From Ancylonema sp. (taxonomy: Eukaryota): a DNA stretch of 64,000 nt. Position 1 is the stretch's first letter; each line of letters begins with the position of its first letter. The position numbers and the translations under genes were made by a program. Below the pieces are notes generated by a model. It saw only the letters and a program-made list of their open reading frames with translations. It was not told the origin of the DNA and searched no databases. Below, piece after piece: positions 41,606-54,770 of the stretch. Location: assembly GCA_050230475.1 (NCBI GenBank), contig JBFLGF010000176.1, positions 1 to 64,000 on the forward strand, read 5' to 3'.

Positions 41606-44358
41606 TACATCGATGACATGGTGGATCCCGAGGCAAATCAAAATATTTTGTTGCCTACAATGAGAAGGGACTCATGACGAAAATTTCACAACAAAACTTC
41701 AAACAGGTGTGCTGTACTATCATGACGCTCTTCCCAGCTTTCTAAGTAATGTTCAGCAAAAATGCCCTTGTTGTGCCTGTAGTGATTGGATAATTAAAAG
41801 AAAGTACTTTGCGAACGGTTTGTGGATGGTTTCTCCGTTTTATGTAAGAAATTGACAAGGCGGGAAATAATTGGTGTTGTCAACGTGGTGTTCTATTGTT
41901 GAGATTTGTGGATTTGTTGAAATTTGTGGTTCTGTTATGATTTGTGGAGATTTCCATATACGTTGGAAAACAATCCAGATCTGTACCAACTTTTCGCTCG
42001 AAAATTCAGACGATTTTTTTAGAAGAACCACAATCTGTTTGACCCGCTTCATATATTGTTTCCATTAATGTAACACTTATCGAAGTCAAAATAGGCGCAA
42101 ACAAGATGTTTTAGGATGGGTTGGGGTGGATGGGGATGATTGCGTTACATTTTATAATCCTTGGATCGCCCCCCCCGATCCCCCATCCCGTGACGTATCT
42201 CTGTATATCGACAACTTCACCGCACGTGCAACTTAGTCAACACCTTGAGACGTTGTGCGTGGAACAAACTCTCTTCCTAGGCACTTGCACAACATTATGC
42301 ATGCCACATGTAGAACGAGATCTCTATTTAAGATTCTCAACAAATGCAACACAATGTATTTCACCGTATGTAACTCGCACTTTTAGGCACGTGCGAACCA
42401 CTGGCAACACATGTACGGCTACATACACACACCCACCATTCAGATACAATGCATGGTGAAAGCAAAAACATGCGAAGAATTAGTAGGGCGTTGAGGGATG
42501 TTAGTTTAAAAGGACACGGAACATTAGAAGGTAAGAGGGAACCTGGCGAGTGTTGACGTTGGGTTTAAAGTCGGCTCCCTATTTAGTTTCCTCATTATTT
42601 ATTTACATTTGTATTGTTGCCATTGTCCATGAAGTAGCGGTTGATGTTCCTCAGTTTAAAAAAAAAACGGTACTTTGGTTTTTATGTTCTCGACTCGAGT
42701 CATAAGAATACGATTGTGTCACTCTCGTTTGTGGATTCACGAATTGTTGCTAGGATTATCTATTGCCTCCATCACACCGATCGAAGAAGAGGTGAACTTG
42801 CGAGCTTACCCTTGCGAGCTTACCCTTGCGGCCTACATGCTTGCTCTTATATGTACGCAAATGGGATTACTCTGGTGCTCCAATACATGGCCTTGTAAAT
42901 CCTCAACTAGGCATTCTACAAAAGTGTGGAAATGATATTGGAACAACTTCGTGTAACGGTTGAAACGAACACTTTGATGGCAAGCTCGTTGGGGTTGATG
43001 CACCCAAAGAACATCTGACACACTCGGACCGAACGTTTTCCACAACATGTTTTCAACATTTCAAACATTTGCGACGCCGAATCGCAAGGATTTTTAATCA
43101 CGCCACTCAATAGAAGATTGATGAAATTAAAGAAATCGAGTTCCGTATCATTTTATAAGAAAAGAATGACATCGACTAGTGCCCAAAGTATGACTCCAAA
43201 AAGATCCCGCTTCGCCACCGAGTATGTTCCAAACACGTTCACGAGTTCTTAACATAAGATCGGGAACTACCTTGTAACTATCAACGAAAAACGTGCATAC
43301 GCGCTTTGTTTTCGAGTAGGTGACATCCAGATCTCATGGCTAAATGAGAGTTTTATCATGACGCGTGTGACATGACTACGGTTATGAATCAGATCGGATC
43401 AGATCGTATTTTACGCCGTACATTTTACGCACAACATTACGGAAAGTAAAGTTATCGTCACGTATCGGAAGTTTCAAATATACGGTGGCACAATGAGATT
43501 CAAACTCGAGCACAGTTGGAACTCGTGTCAAATTTTGTTGGTAACAAGCTTTCTCCATATGATTCCTTCCTACTGAGGCTTGCACCTGTAAAAACGGGTG
43601 GATCCAATAATATTCGTTACTCATCTTTCTATATTCAACTATATATTGCAATTCATACGACACAAATGCCACCTCTTCAAGTGGAACGACGCTAGCTTTA
43701 TAGGCTTTGCAAGATTGGCCCCTGGTGCACAATCATAGGTGTGAAATTTCTCAAATATATCAAGGGGCACGAGTATAGAGCGGTCACAGGAGAAATTGAC
43801 ATTCGATGTAGTAAGTTTCCGAGACGTTTATTTGTTGAACAACTCACTATGATGTGGAAGAACGAGCAGACCAAGATAAGGAGCATCCAATCATTCATGT
43901 CGGTGACATGCAATTCTCATATGAGCAATCAATGTCTGGACTAAGTTTCCTTTGTTATAAATATAGTTGGACTACGATAACAACCGAAGGCTATAGTTCT
44001 CCATAGAGGATTGCATCTCATAAGGAACTAAAGCACGTTAAACACGTACTTGTAATAATTTTGACTCGTGGACCAAGACGAGTACTTCCATTGCGGATTC
44101 CAAATCCTCAAAGGCGACTCGTCTTCAATCGTACCGAACGACGCAGCGTTCGTGCATCCTATCATACATCGAAAAAAACATGACCATAAGACACCTTGCA
44201 ACCTACACTTTGTACCTCCAACTAGGCCCCGCCATGAGCCCTACAATGCTTTTTGGCACCAAAACGCTGCCCTCAAGGGTAAAAAAAAATGACGTCCCTC
44301 AGAGCCTTTGATGCTACCTTGTATACACATGTTTCCAAGGAATCGATTCCGTCCCTCC

Positions 44359-47120
44359 TCATCCACTGCTGGGCGTGGACGCGCACAAATGCGCCAACCA
44401 CCGTTGATACTGTGCAAAGAAATCGCACGCCGCCTGCACTTCTTCCCCCTGCTGCCTCAAGTCCCCCGGTAGGTCCAACCCCACTTTGGGCCCCTCCTCC
44501 CCCCCCGCCCCCCTCCTTTGCACGTGCGGGGGAGCGGAGTCATACGCCACCTGTCTCGCCTCGTGGCACGCCAGCAGCAGCATGATGGCGCTGTCCGGCT
44601 GACGCACTTTCTGCAGAGCACTCAGGGCTTCCCCTAACGCACCCGCGGCCACGTAGAGAGAGATGGATCTGAAACACATCCTCCCATCAGACCTCAGCCC
44701 CAACTCCCCTCTTGCTGACTACGTGCACAGGGGCACAGCGGTGACTCGGTTACTGGTTACCGGTTACCCGTTATCCCTCCCCCGGTCTCACCTCCATAGG
44801 TCGCTCTCGCTGCTGAAGCAGTGGTGGGCCCACCTCTCGAGCACCCTGCGCACACCCCCCAGGAGATTTCAACATACAGCAGCAGCAGCAGCAGCACCCT
44901 AGGCGGCCCAGTGGCGTGCTGACCTGGCGCGATCCGACCCCGACAGGTGTGTGGCCGCCAGCGTGCACGCGTCCACCCACCTCCCCGCGTCCTGCAGCTG
45001 GGAGCACGCCTCCTGATACCTCCCAACCGCGCACAGGAGGTGGATGCCCGCCAGGGGCTCGGGGGACTGCACCATGCTGGCTGCCACCACCTTCACACTA
45101 AGCTCCTGCATAGCGGGGGAGACTGCGGCGGAGAGGGCGACTGCGCGGTGGGCGTCTACGAAAAAGGTGGCGCTGCCGGGGGGGGAGGCGAGGAGGAGGG
45201 AGACGGCGGCCTCGTAGTCGCCCACGGCCACGAACCTGGAACCAGAGGGGGAATTTGGAGGGACCTTTGTGTTCTGTTGGGTTTTTTTCGTTGTCGGTGT
45301 GTTGATTATGAGGGATGGTGGATAAGTTCTCCCTCTGGTTTTTCGCACAACTTAATCTCTTTCCCTTTTCGGCATCACTGGACTCTCCCGGATGAGTACC
45401 AATCATGAAGAGGATGATGAGGATGAGGATGATGATGAGGATGAGGATAATGATGATGATGGTGATGATGAGGATGATGATGATGATGTCCCTCTCCCCT
45501 CTCCCACTCTTCACTCACTCATGCACCTTCCTCTGCGTTGCCTTGTGCCCCTCCAGCCTCTCATGCCAACCAATACGCTCCATGGCCGAAGCGCGCACTT
45601 CCCCCTGCTCGCCCCAAGCAGACTCGCCAGAGGCCTGAAGCCAAAAACCAACCACAAAAAAAACGGTTACCCCAAACGGTTACTTCCGCCCCCAAGGGGC
45701 GAAAATCCTTCAACTCAGTCAGGGCCGTGGGTGACGTACCAGGAGCCCCCTCCGTTTTTGTGTGTTTGATCCTGGGGGTTGGGCGGCGGGGCTGGAGGTG
45801 CTCCCCACCCCCGGGCGGCTGCTGGCAAAGGGGGTGGACGGGTCGTCCAATCTCGACCCGTCCACGGATCCTGAACCCCGACTCGACTCAGCACGCTCCC
45901 AGAAGGCAGACGGGCCAGCAGAGCCCTGCAGGGGGGGGGGGGGTCGATAAGATGGGGCAGGGGGGGGGAGGGGGGAGGGCAGGGGGGGGGGTTGCTGCTG
46001 TTTACTTGGCTTAGCAGGTGAAGTGCGGTGGGCAACTGCAGCCAGAACTCTGCCTCCCCCATATCCCCCAAGTGTGCGGCAACCACTGCGCAGCGGGCGG
46101 CAGTGCCACGTCGGCAAACGCGTGCGTAGCCACGGGCAGCCTCTATCTCCATCAAACGACCTGGAGCAACAAAGGGAGGGACATGAGGGGGCTGGGGGGG
46201 CTGGGGGCTGGGGGCTGGGGCTTTGGGGGTTGGGGGCTGGGGCTTTGGGGGCTGGGGGGTAGGGGGCTGGGGGTTGGGGGTAGGGGGTGTGGACCTGCAA
46301 GGCGGTGTGGCTGTAGGGTCTTGAGCAGGATCTCCCCCACCCCCGTTTCCTCCATAGGGGGCCCCACCCCCTCTGTGTTCAGCAGGTGTCCCCTCAGGTC
46401 CCCTGTTGTTTCCTCCTGGCCTCCCAGGGGTGCCTCCAGCCACAGTGGGTTCACCCCCTGCTGCAGCAGCAGACGCATGGCCTGGAGGACAGGCAGCAGG
46501 GGGGGGCAACCTCAGGGAAAGGGGGGGGGGAGGGGGAGGGGGTGGGAAAGAAAGGGGGCGAGGATGGAGGGGGGTACCAGAGCGTGGGGGGGGGGGAGGA
46601 GGGCGACGGAGTAGAGGGGGGAGGGGCGCAGGCGCTGCCAGACTGGGACGGGGCGGGGCTGGAGGCGGGTGGCCTTCAGGGGGATGTCGCTGGGGGGGAA
46701 AGGGGGAGAAAAGAAAGGGGGGGAAAGGGGGAGCAAGGGGGAGGAAGGGGGAAAGGCGAAAGGGGGAGGATGAGTACAGAATGAGTACAGTGCAAGTAGG
46801 CAGGTGGGAGAGTGGGCTGGTGTTTCCTCTTACGCCTGCATCTGCAGCAGTCTCAGGCTGCCGTCCGCCACTGCGCAACAGAGCAGCTGGGGGGCTGCGT
46901 GGGGCCACAAGCAGGAGGAGCCCTGGAGGGGAAGCCAGTCGAGCTCAAGCACCGCCAGGTCAGCCTGCTCAGCATCCACGACAGCCTGGGGGACCACCTC
47001 GCCCACATCCTAAAACCCCAAACCCGAAGGGAACAGGAGGTATGAGGAGACAAGTGGCAGTTTGCGGTGCTTGTTCTTGGGGCTGCTTGCTGGGATATGT
47101 TTCGGGGGGCTTCGCAGTCG

Positions 47121-47158
<38 letters not shown>

Positions 47159-50100
47159 TAATAATAATGAAGCTCCTGTAACCAGGAGCTGTGTGCCTGT
47201 AGGAAGGGTTTCCTCACGAGATCGAACAGCGCAAACGAGTGGTCGTTGAACAGCAGCACGCATCGGCCGCGGCTGTTGTCCTGGGGGGAGGTGGGTGCGA
47301 ATCGTATCCTCCTGATCCCCCCCCTGTGCGTGCTAAAAGACGCCGCCTGCCCACTGCTCACGTCCCACCAACGAACGTTCCCCAACCGGTCGCCCATCAC
47401 GCAGTGAGGGAGGCGGTATGCCATGGCAGTCACGAGAACATCCACTGCAACAAAGGAAGCTGCAGGCCACTTGGGTCTGCACGCAAAGGGGGTCAGGGGT
47501 CAGGGGTCAGGGTTCAGGGTTTGAGGGTTTAGGGTTTGTGGTTTAGGGTTTAGGGTTTAGGGTTTAGGGTTCGAGTTCGGCGTGCAGGGTGGGGGTTCGG
47601 TAAAACCTCGATTTAAGAAACGCTAGAAGGATGAGGAACACATTTTTTTCCTCAACGAATGTATTTCATATGAAGCCACGGCTTGAGTGGAAATACGAAA
47701 AAAAAAGGCTCAGAAAATAGTTCCTTACAGAATAAGGATTTCTTATGTCATGGTTTTCCTTGTGGTGGCTGTTGTTCACCTGAAATCTCGCACCCTCCTC
47801 CCCCTCAGCTCAAACACCCCCAGGGACCCGTTTACCAAAGCGAAGGCAAACGACTCGCTGGCCTCCTCCACTGCCGCCCTAGGGGCAGTAGAGGGGTGGT
47901 CTGCTTCCCTACGGGGGGGGGGCTGGTAGGTGCTCAGGGGGGGGAGGGCCCACTCCATCACAGTGAAGGGAAGAGCCAGGGAGCGAAGCTGGAAGGGGGA
48001 GGGGGGGACAGGGGAAAAAGGGGGAAGGGGGGAAGAGGGGAAGGGGGGAAGGGGGGAAGGGGGGAAGGGGGGAAAGGGGGAAAGGGGGAAAGGGGGAAAG
48101 GGGGAAAGGGTGAAGGCGGGAGGGGGGTAAGGGGGAAAGGGGGGAAGGGGGGAAGGGTGAAGGGGGGAGGGGGGAGGGGGGAGGGGGGAGGGGGGGAGGG
48201 GGGAAAGGGGGAACGGGGAAGGGGCCAGGGGGGAAAAGGGGAAAGGGGGAAGGGGGGAAAGGGGGAAAGGGGGAAAAGGGGGAAAGGGGAAGGGGGGGAA
48301 GGGGGAAATGGGGAAACGGGGGAAGGGGGGGAGGAGGAGAGGGGGAAAGGGGGAAAGGGGGAAAGGGGGAAAGGGGGAAAGGGGGAAAGGGGGACAGGGG
48401 AAAAAGGGGGAAGGGGGGAAGAGGGGAAGGGGGGAAGGGGGGAAGGGGGGAAGGGGGGAAAGGGGGAAAGGGGGAAAGGGGGAAAAGGGGAAAGGGGGAA
48501 AAGGGGAAGGGGGGGAAGGGGGGGAAGGGGGGAAGGGGGGTGAGAAAGAGGAGCAGGGGGGGGGGGGGAGGTAGCGGAGAGGAGAGTGGGTCTGTGTACT
48601 GTGTACTGTGTACACACCATGGTTGGTGTGCGCGTCATGGCCCACATTTCGGCGGGTGCTTTTCCCGGAATAGGATGAGGAGGTAGCGGCCAGAGGGGGA
48701 GGTGCGCAGTCCCCTCATGGCGGACCTCTCTGGCTGCTGCAGTTGGCGAAAGGGTGTGCTCTGCCCGCTGCGCACGCAAGTGACCACCACTGAGTTGCGG
48801 TACCCGCCACCCTTACCCTTCACCTCGATGAAGGAGAAGGAGACGAGCTTGTGGTTGCCCAGCCAACGAACGCCGCGAACCATACCATCATGCACACAGT
48901 GGCTAAGGAAAAGGGATCAGGAGGAGGAAGAAGGGGGGGGGGGGGGAGAGGGGGAGCGAGGGGGGGATGAGGGGGATGGTCAGAAGGCGGATCTGGCGGG
49001 AAAGGTGTGATTGCTGACCTGGCGCATATGGCATGCGTGGCCGTATCCATGAGCTCTACCGACCCCCCCTGGGTGGCCAACGCAACCAGAGGCACGGCTG
49101 TGGCTGCAGCCCCCCCCCCAGCCCCCCCCCCCGCCGCAGTGCCCTGGCGGGAGGGGAAGGGTACGGCCAGGGTGGTGATGGCCGAGGGAAGGGACTGCAG
49201 CATGCCCTGAAGCTCCACCACGAAGCTGGCCTTCCCCCCCTCCCCCTCCTCCCACCCCGCCTCCGCGTCTGCCACCTCTGCCAGCGCCTTCCACTGCCAG
49301 AGCTTGCCGTCGTCTGTGAGGACCATAAACAGGGTGAGGTAGACCCCAGCCTCGGCGCCGCCCTCGAGGGGGAGGGTGGGCTGGGGGCACTGCATGAGGG
49401 TCAGCACTTGGGCTGCGGGGGAGAGGGAGGCCGCGGTTGGGACCAGCTCCTCCACCTGGCAGAGGACGTACGCGTGGCCGCCCCTGGACAAACCACGTAC
49501 TGCCACCTGTCAGATGTCCGTCCGCGCGGAGGTGCGAGGCTGCTGAGGTGGCAGGTGCGCGTACGGTTTCCGTTGCCAGCAGGATAGGGAGCTGTCCGAG
49601 TGCAAGCAGTAGAGGATGGATCCGTCCAATGGGACAGAAATGTCGACACAGCGCGCCAAGCTGCGGGGTAGGGGTGTGGCGGCGATGCAGCTCTCGAATT
49701 GGGTGTCGAACAAGAGGATTTCGCGGGGGAGGAGGAGGAAGAGCAAGCCGCGGTCGCGGGGCGCGAACAGGCACTTGACCACACTTCTCTGCTCGGAGCC
49801 AGAGCTGCCGCCCTCCCAACCGCCCTTCGCGTCCGGCAACTGGAGGCGGCTCTCCACTTCGGACCCGTCACTCTCCGCCCGGCCGGTGATGTGGAGGGAG
49901 AGGAGGAGACACTTGCCGCCCACAATGCACACCTCTCGGGTGTCGTGGGGGTTGGAGGTGATCGAAACGAGGGGCTCACTGCCCGAATTGTATCGCCAGA
50001 GCGGCTGAGTCCTGGTGGTGTCCCACAGAACCGCCTCATTGCCGCCGTACAGCGCGGCAAGTAGCCACGGCTGGCGATACACCCAGCACAGTTCATCAAT

Positions 50101-50454
50101 CCTGCCAGCTGGCTTATCTAGAAGCAGCCATGTTACCACCTCTTCCGCAACGACATCCCATATAGCGATACGTCCTAACTTATCGCCGGCGGCTAGCCGC
50201 AAGTGGGTAGTGTGGGCGAGATCGCGGATCAGCCCCTCGGGCAGAAATCGGACGGCCGAGATTGCGCTGTCAGGCCGGTCGCTGTACATGAGCGTATGAA
50301 CAAGCTGTAAGCTTGCCACATCAACGACAGTCAACGCAGAGCCGCATCCGTACGCCATGAGGCCCTGAGCACTACAGTCAAGGCCGCAGCACTCCCGGCT
50401 TATGGGGCCAGCCAATGCCCCAGCCAACGCACGGCCCTCCTCTGTGGACGCCAT
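44359..50454 (-). CDS. WDR11: WD repeat-containing protein 11-like (multi-exon)
   Basis: [150 protein letters not shown]. Confidence 0.93.
45404..45489. repeat. Intronic (GAT/GAG)n trinucleotide repeat
   Basis: Visible run inside a WDR11 intron. Confidence 0.9.
47489..47571 (+). repeat. Interstitial telomere-like heptamer array (GGGGTCA grading into TTTAGGG)
   Basis: Several exact TTTAGGG units preceded by variant units, inside a WDR11 intron. Confidence 0.88.
47992..48570. repeat. G/A-rich ~8-bp minisatellite (GGGGAAAG-like) filling a WDR11 intron
   Basis: About 580 bp of near-pure purine on the + strand. Confidence 0.95.
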
Positions 50455-50790
50455 CAGAATTCGTCAGAGCTATTCAGTTCTAAACGTTGATGGCTGTTGG
50501 GTATTCGCACATTGTCTCTCACGCAAGTAGCCCATGTGTCATGCACACCGTCTTATTTACAAAGACCTGTCGCGGAAGAGAGGTCAGTCTCATCGCTTTT
50601 CAAAAATGGCATCATGAAGCATAGAATGACATTGAAGGTGCCGAGGACTGACATCGTGAAGCAAGCGGACCGCTTGACGCCGGATATGCATTTACATTAT
50701 GCCCGTTGCTGCCTCGTCTCGGCACCTCCAGTCTTCCTTTGAGGTCCTTCCTCGGTTGGAGCTAGGGAGGCGCTCCCCCGTTTGAAAGGC

Positions 50791-52060
50791 CCCTACTAAC
50801 TGCGTACAGACCCCCCGTCATATCGGGAAAACGGCAAAACTCATAATGTTGCTGTAGTACAGCGAGACCCAACCGTCAGAATCCCATCGGTTGGCGGTTT
50901 GCCAACGGCCAGCCGCCTCCAACCGCCCTCCAACTTCTCCAACCGCCATACACCTTTCCAACTGCCGTCCAGCTCCCCCACCGCCGTCCAGCCGCCACCC
51001 AACCGCCAATCAAGAGACCGACGGCCGCCAATCCGCCCAACCGCCGACGGCTGGAAGGCGATTGCGGATTGTACGATGAAATGTGTAAAGGCGGAGAGTA
51101 ATCCTTGCATCGCCGAATTGTCGTTTAGGACACCGTCCCACCCCCCGATGCCGTAGGATTCCCGTGTTATCAGAAGATCCGCAATACTCGCTACATAATC
51201 TTTACACTTTTTTGAAAAAAAACGGATCGGACGGACATAGTCCTTCCCATAGGCCGTCCCCCCCTATATTCCGTCGATTCTTGTGGTTAGGGGTGCACAG
51301 GTATGCGAGGACGCCGTACATATTTTCGTGCGGGAAATGAATCCCGCACGTGTATTTCGCATTGTCCGTACATGCAAATGCCAGGGAGGCCCCGGGTTTT
51401 CCCGATTTTCATCGGCCGTTGAGAATCGAGCTCTTAGCCTTGATTCTGATTGGACCTCAAATTCTTACACGTAGACTATTCACGCCCTACTCAGGAATTT
51501 TATCTATCTACGCCCAACCGCCATCCAACCGCTCCAACCGCCGTCCCACCGCCCAACTGCCCCAGTCGGCAGCTGGCAGTTGGGTTGCGGTTGGCCGGTG
51601 TCGGGTGGCGGTATCTCGGTTGGACAGAGGTCCATTGAAATGGCGGTTGGCCGACCGGCAGATGGGCGGTCGGCGGTCGGCGGTTGGCGATTGGGTGCCC
51701 ACCCTACGCTGTACACACGGGCCATGGCCGTCGAAACCGTGATTTTTCGTTATGCGCAAATCTCCGTCAAGTACTGGCGTCAGCGACAGCCACGTCGCCC
51801 AACGAGAATCGGTCGAATCTAAAGAATAATGCGTACGACAGACCGACGGCTCACAGGCCATCGAATCTGTTTGAACCGTATCAACGGTCCCCGTCAGTGG
51901 AAAGGGGCGTCGAGATAATTCGTAGGGCGTCGAAGTACGAACAACTCCCATAACGAATCATGAAACCACGGTTTGGACGGCCATGGCCCCTATGTACAGC
52001 GACATTATGAGTTTTTCCGTTTTCCCGATATTACGCGGGATCTGTAATCAGTTAGTAGGG
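50791..52060. mobile_element. Foldback MITE with >110-bp TIRs and CCCTAC termini (CACTA/CMC-like), interrupted by a nested insertion
   Basis: CCCTACTAACTG...ATATCGGGAAAACGG.AAAACTCATAATGT.GCTGTA at the left is the reverse complement of 51995-52060. TIR homology resumes at 51714 (GGGCCATGGCCGTCGAAACCGTG). Confidence 0.8.
50867..51713. mobile_element. Nested non-autonomous DNA element with CCAACCG subterminal repeats
   Basis: Ends TACAGCG / CGCTGTA; many CAACCG/CGGTTG motifs; splits the host TIR. Confidence 0.7.
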
Positions 52061-52366
52061 GGGTCTGTACGCATCATGTTCCGTTTGAAATCAATCGGGG
52101 GTGGCGGACTCCCCCGTCCCCCGTCCACCTCCCCCGTATACGGGGGACCAACTGCGGTTGGGAAAATCTCATCCGCAACGGTTGCATACGGGGGACACAG
52201 GGGAAAACGGGGGAAACGGGGGGCTAATCGGGGGACAACGGGGGACACGGGGGAGGAAACGGGGGGAAACGGGGGGCAAGGAGGATGAACCGGTTGGCAA
52301 CTGGGGGAGAAGTGGAATAATAATACATTTGTACAAGAGGTTGATGATTCAAAATACACCTAATCA

Positions 52367-54770
52367 TGTGAACTCCCACTCTATAGGGACAGAACTCGCT
52401 ATAGAGGAACTTGAGCTAGTAGCGCTCTAGCGCTAAGAGTAGGGACCTCGCTAAGGAGCCCTAGTGACTGTAGCGAGGGTCCTAACAGTACCCCCCCCTC
52501 AAGGCGCGGAACGCGATGAGGGAGGCGGTGCAGGCCGAGGCCGAGCGGGAAATGTGGCATGGAAATCTGCGACCGCGTCAGCAGCATTTTCCATGTTGTC
52601 GGCAGGGTCCCAAGAACGCTCATCGTACCCGACCCAGTCGACGAGGTAAAATAGCTGGCCTCGCACGAGCTTAGAATCCAGAACTGTGGCCACCTCATGT
52701 TGTGGCGCGCCCGTCCACAACGACCGGAGGTGGAGGCGCCACAACACGAACCGGGAGTGTTGATATGGTACGGCTCGAGGAGGCTGACGTGGAAGACGGG
52801 ATGGATTTTCACAGAGGACGGCAACTCCAAACGATACGACGAGGTGCCGATCTGGCCAAGAACCGGAAAAGGACCCAGACGACGGACATCGAGTTTGGAG
52901 GAAGGACGAGTGGATCCGACGTGGTGCCGGGACAGCCATACTTTCTGACCAGGCGAAAATATCGGGGCAGATCTCCGCTTCCGATTGGCCGAAGTTTCCA
53001 TCGCCCGCTGGGATTTGCGAAGCACTGACTGGAGGAAATCTTGGGTGTCGTGAATCGTTTTGACGTAGTCGTCGGCTGCGGGGTTGGGGGAAATTGGGGG
53101 AGGGTGAAAGCAGCCTGCGGGTGAAATCGTGGAAGCCGTAGTTGGCAAAGAACGGGGATAGGGTGGTGGCGGAGTGCTTGGAGTTGTTGTAAGCGAACTC
53201 CGCCAACGGCAGAAGTTTGGACCAATCGGAGTGCTGGTAATCGGTGTAGATTCGCAGATATTGCTCGAGAACCGAAGTCAGGCGCTCCGTCTGCCCGTCC
53301 GTCTGCGGGTGAAAAGCAGTGGAGCGGTTGGCCCGGACGCCGAGCAGCTCCAACAGCCGGCGCCAAAAGTGGCTTGAAGATGGGGTCGCGGTCGCTGATG
53401 AGGCCGCTGGGCAACCCATGCAGGCGCACCACTTGCTCTGCTGCACGAAAATCGCTGCGACCTCAGGAGCCGCCATGGCCTTGGTGGTAGGGATGAAGTG
53501 GGCCTGCTTCGTCAGCCGGTCGACGACCACTAGAATTGCGTCGTGGTAGTCGCTAGGGGGAAGGTCAGTTATCCAGTCTAGAGAGACACTCGTCCATGGC
53601 TGGGTAGGTATTGGTAGGGGGAACAATAGTCCATAGGGCGCATGGCGCACCGGCTTGTTCCGGGCGCAGATGTCGCACGTGCGCACGTACTCCTCCACTG
53701 CCTTCGATAGGCCAGGCCAGTGGAAGTACTGCGCCACCAGCGCGTGCGTGCGGGCAGTGCCAAAGTGGCCTGCCATAGGTGCGTCGTGGTACTGAGTCAG
53801 GATAGAGAGGATAAGGATAAGGGCTTAGGGGGAATAGCGAGGCGGCTGCGATGGTAGAGAAGGCCGTCTCGTAGGGTGTAGGGGAATTGGGACTCGCCTG
53901 CAGTGCGACTCGGGTTGGATTCCCGAGCGGGTCCGGGTTGTAGGGAAGTAGCGATAGCGTGTGTTGGGTCGGCTAGCTGAGCAGCGCAAATGGCTTCGAG
54001 GATAGGGTTGTCGTTAGGTGCGAGTAGGATAGCTACAGCACGCACCGGGGGAACTGGTAGGAGAGCTGGTGGTGGAAGGACTGGGTGGGGGGATGTGGCT
54101 AGCAGCAAATAGTCAGGTCTGCGGGAAAGGGCGTCCGGCTTGCCATTGCTGGACCCTTTCCTGTAGACTATAGTGAAGTCGTAGGCTGCCAGCGTCTCGG
54201 CCCACCGCGAATGCCTGCGGGATGTAGTACCTGCGGGATGTAGTTCGAGCGGCTTGGAAGTACTCCAGGTTCTTATGGTCGGTGTATACGACGATAGGGT
54301 GGGCCGCGCCTTCCAGGTAGACTCGCCACTGGAGAAAGGCAGCCACTTGTCGTAGATAGGATAGTTGAGTTCGGCGGGGATGAATTTCCGGGAGTAGTAT
54401 GCTACGGGGTGGAGCTCGCCGCTGGGATCTGGTTGCGACAGGACGCAGCCGAGGCCGAAGTCTGAGGCGTCTGCTTCGATGGTAAGCGGCTGCAGTGGTG
54501 GAAATGTTGCGGGACGGGAGCTGAGGTGAAGGCGAGCTTGAAGGATTGAAAAGCTGCCTCCGCCTCAGGTGTCCAGCAAAATGTTGCCCCCTTCCGAGTC
54601 AATGAGGTGAGGGGGCACGCTACTGTAGAATACCCGTTAATGAAACGTTTGTAGAAGTTAGCGAAACCGAGAAAGGACTGGACCTCCTTGACTGACTGGG
54701 GTTTGGGCCAGTCAAGGAGAGATGCCACTTTCTCGGGATCCATACCCACGCCGGCTGGGGAGAACAGCAT
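52367..54770 (-). mobile_element. Ty3/gypsy chromovirus, 3' half (RT connection, RNase H, integrase, chromodomain, PPT, short LTR), degenerate
   Basis: MDPEKV...FLGFANFYKRFI; VYTDHKNL; GHFG...CDIC; VSLDWITDLP; FHPQTDGQTER; HPVFHVSLL; chromodomain VLDSKL...YLVDWVGY...SW. G-rich PPT at 52491-52501 precedes TGTTAGG (LTR 52487 to ~52367). Multiple frameshifts. Confidence 0.95.

Noticed and set aside
42100..43950. Possible decayed transposase with Cys-rich fragments
   Set aside because: Too many stops and no diagnostic motif recognised; needs a translated search.
47683..48779. Long Gly/Lys-rich and Pro/Phe-rich ORFs, also poly-Asp/Met ORFs at 45392-45638
   Set aside because: Translations of intronic minisatellites within WDR11.
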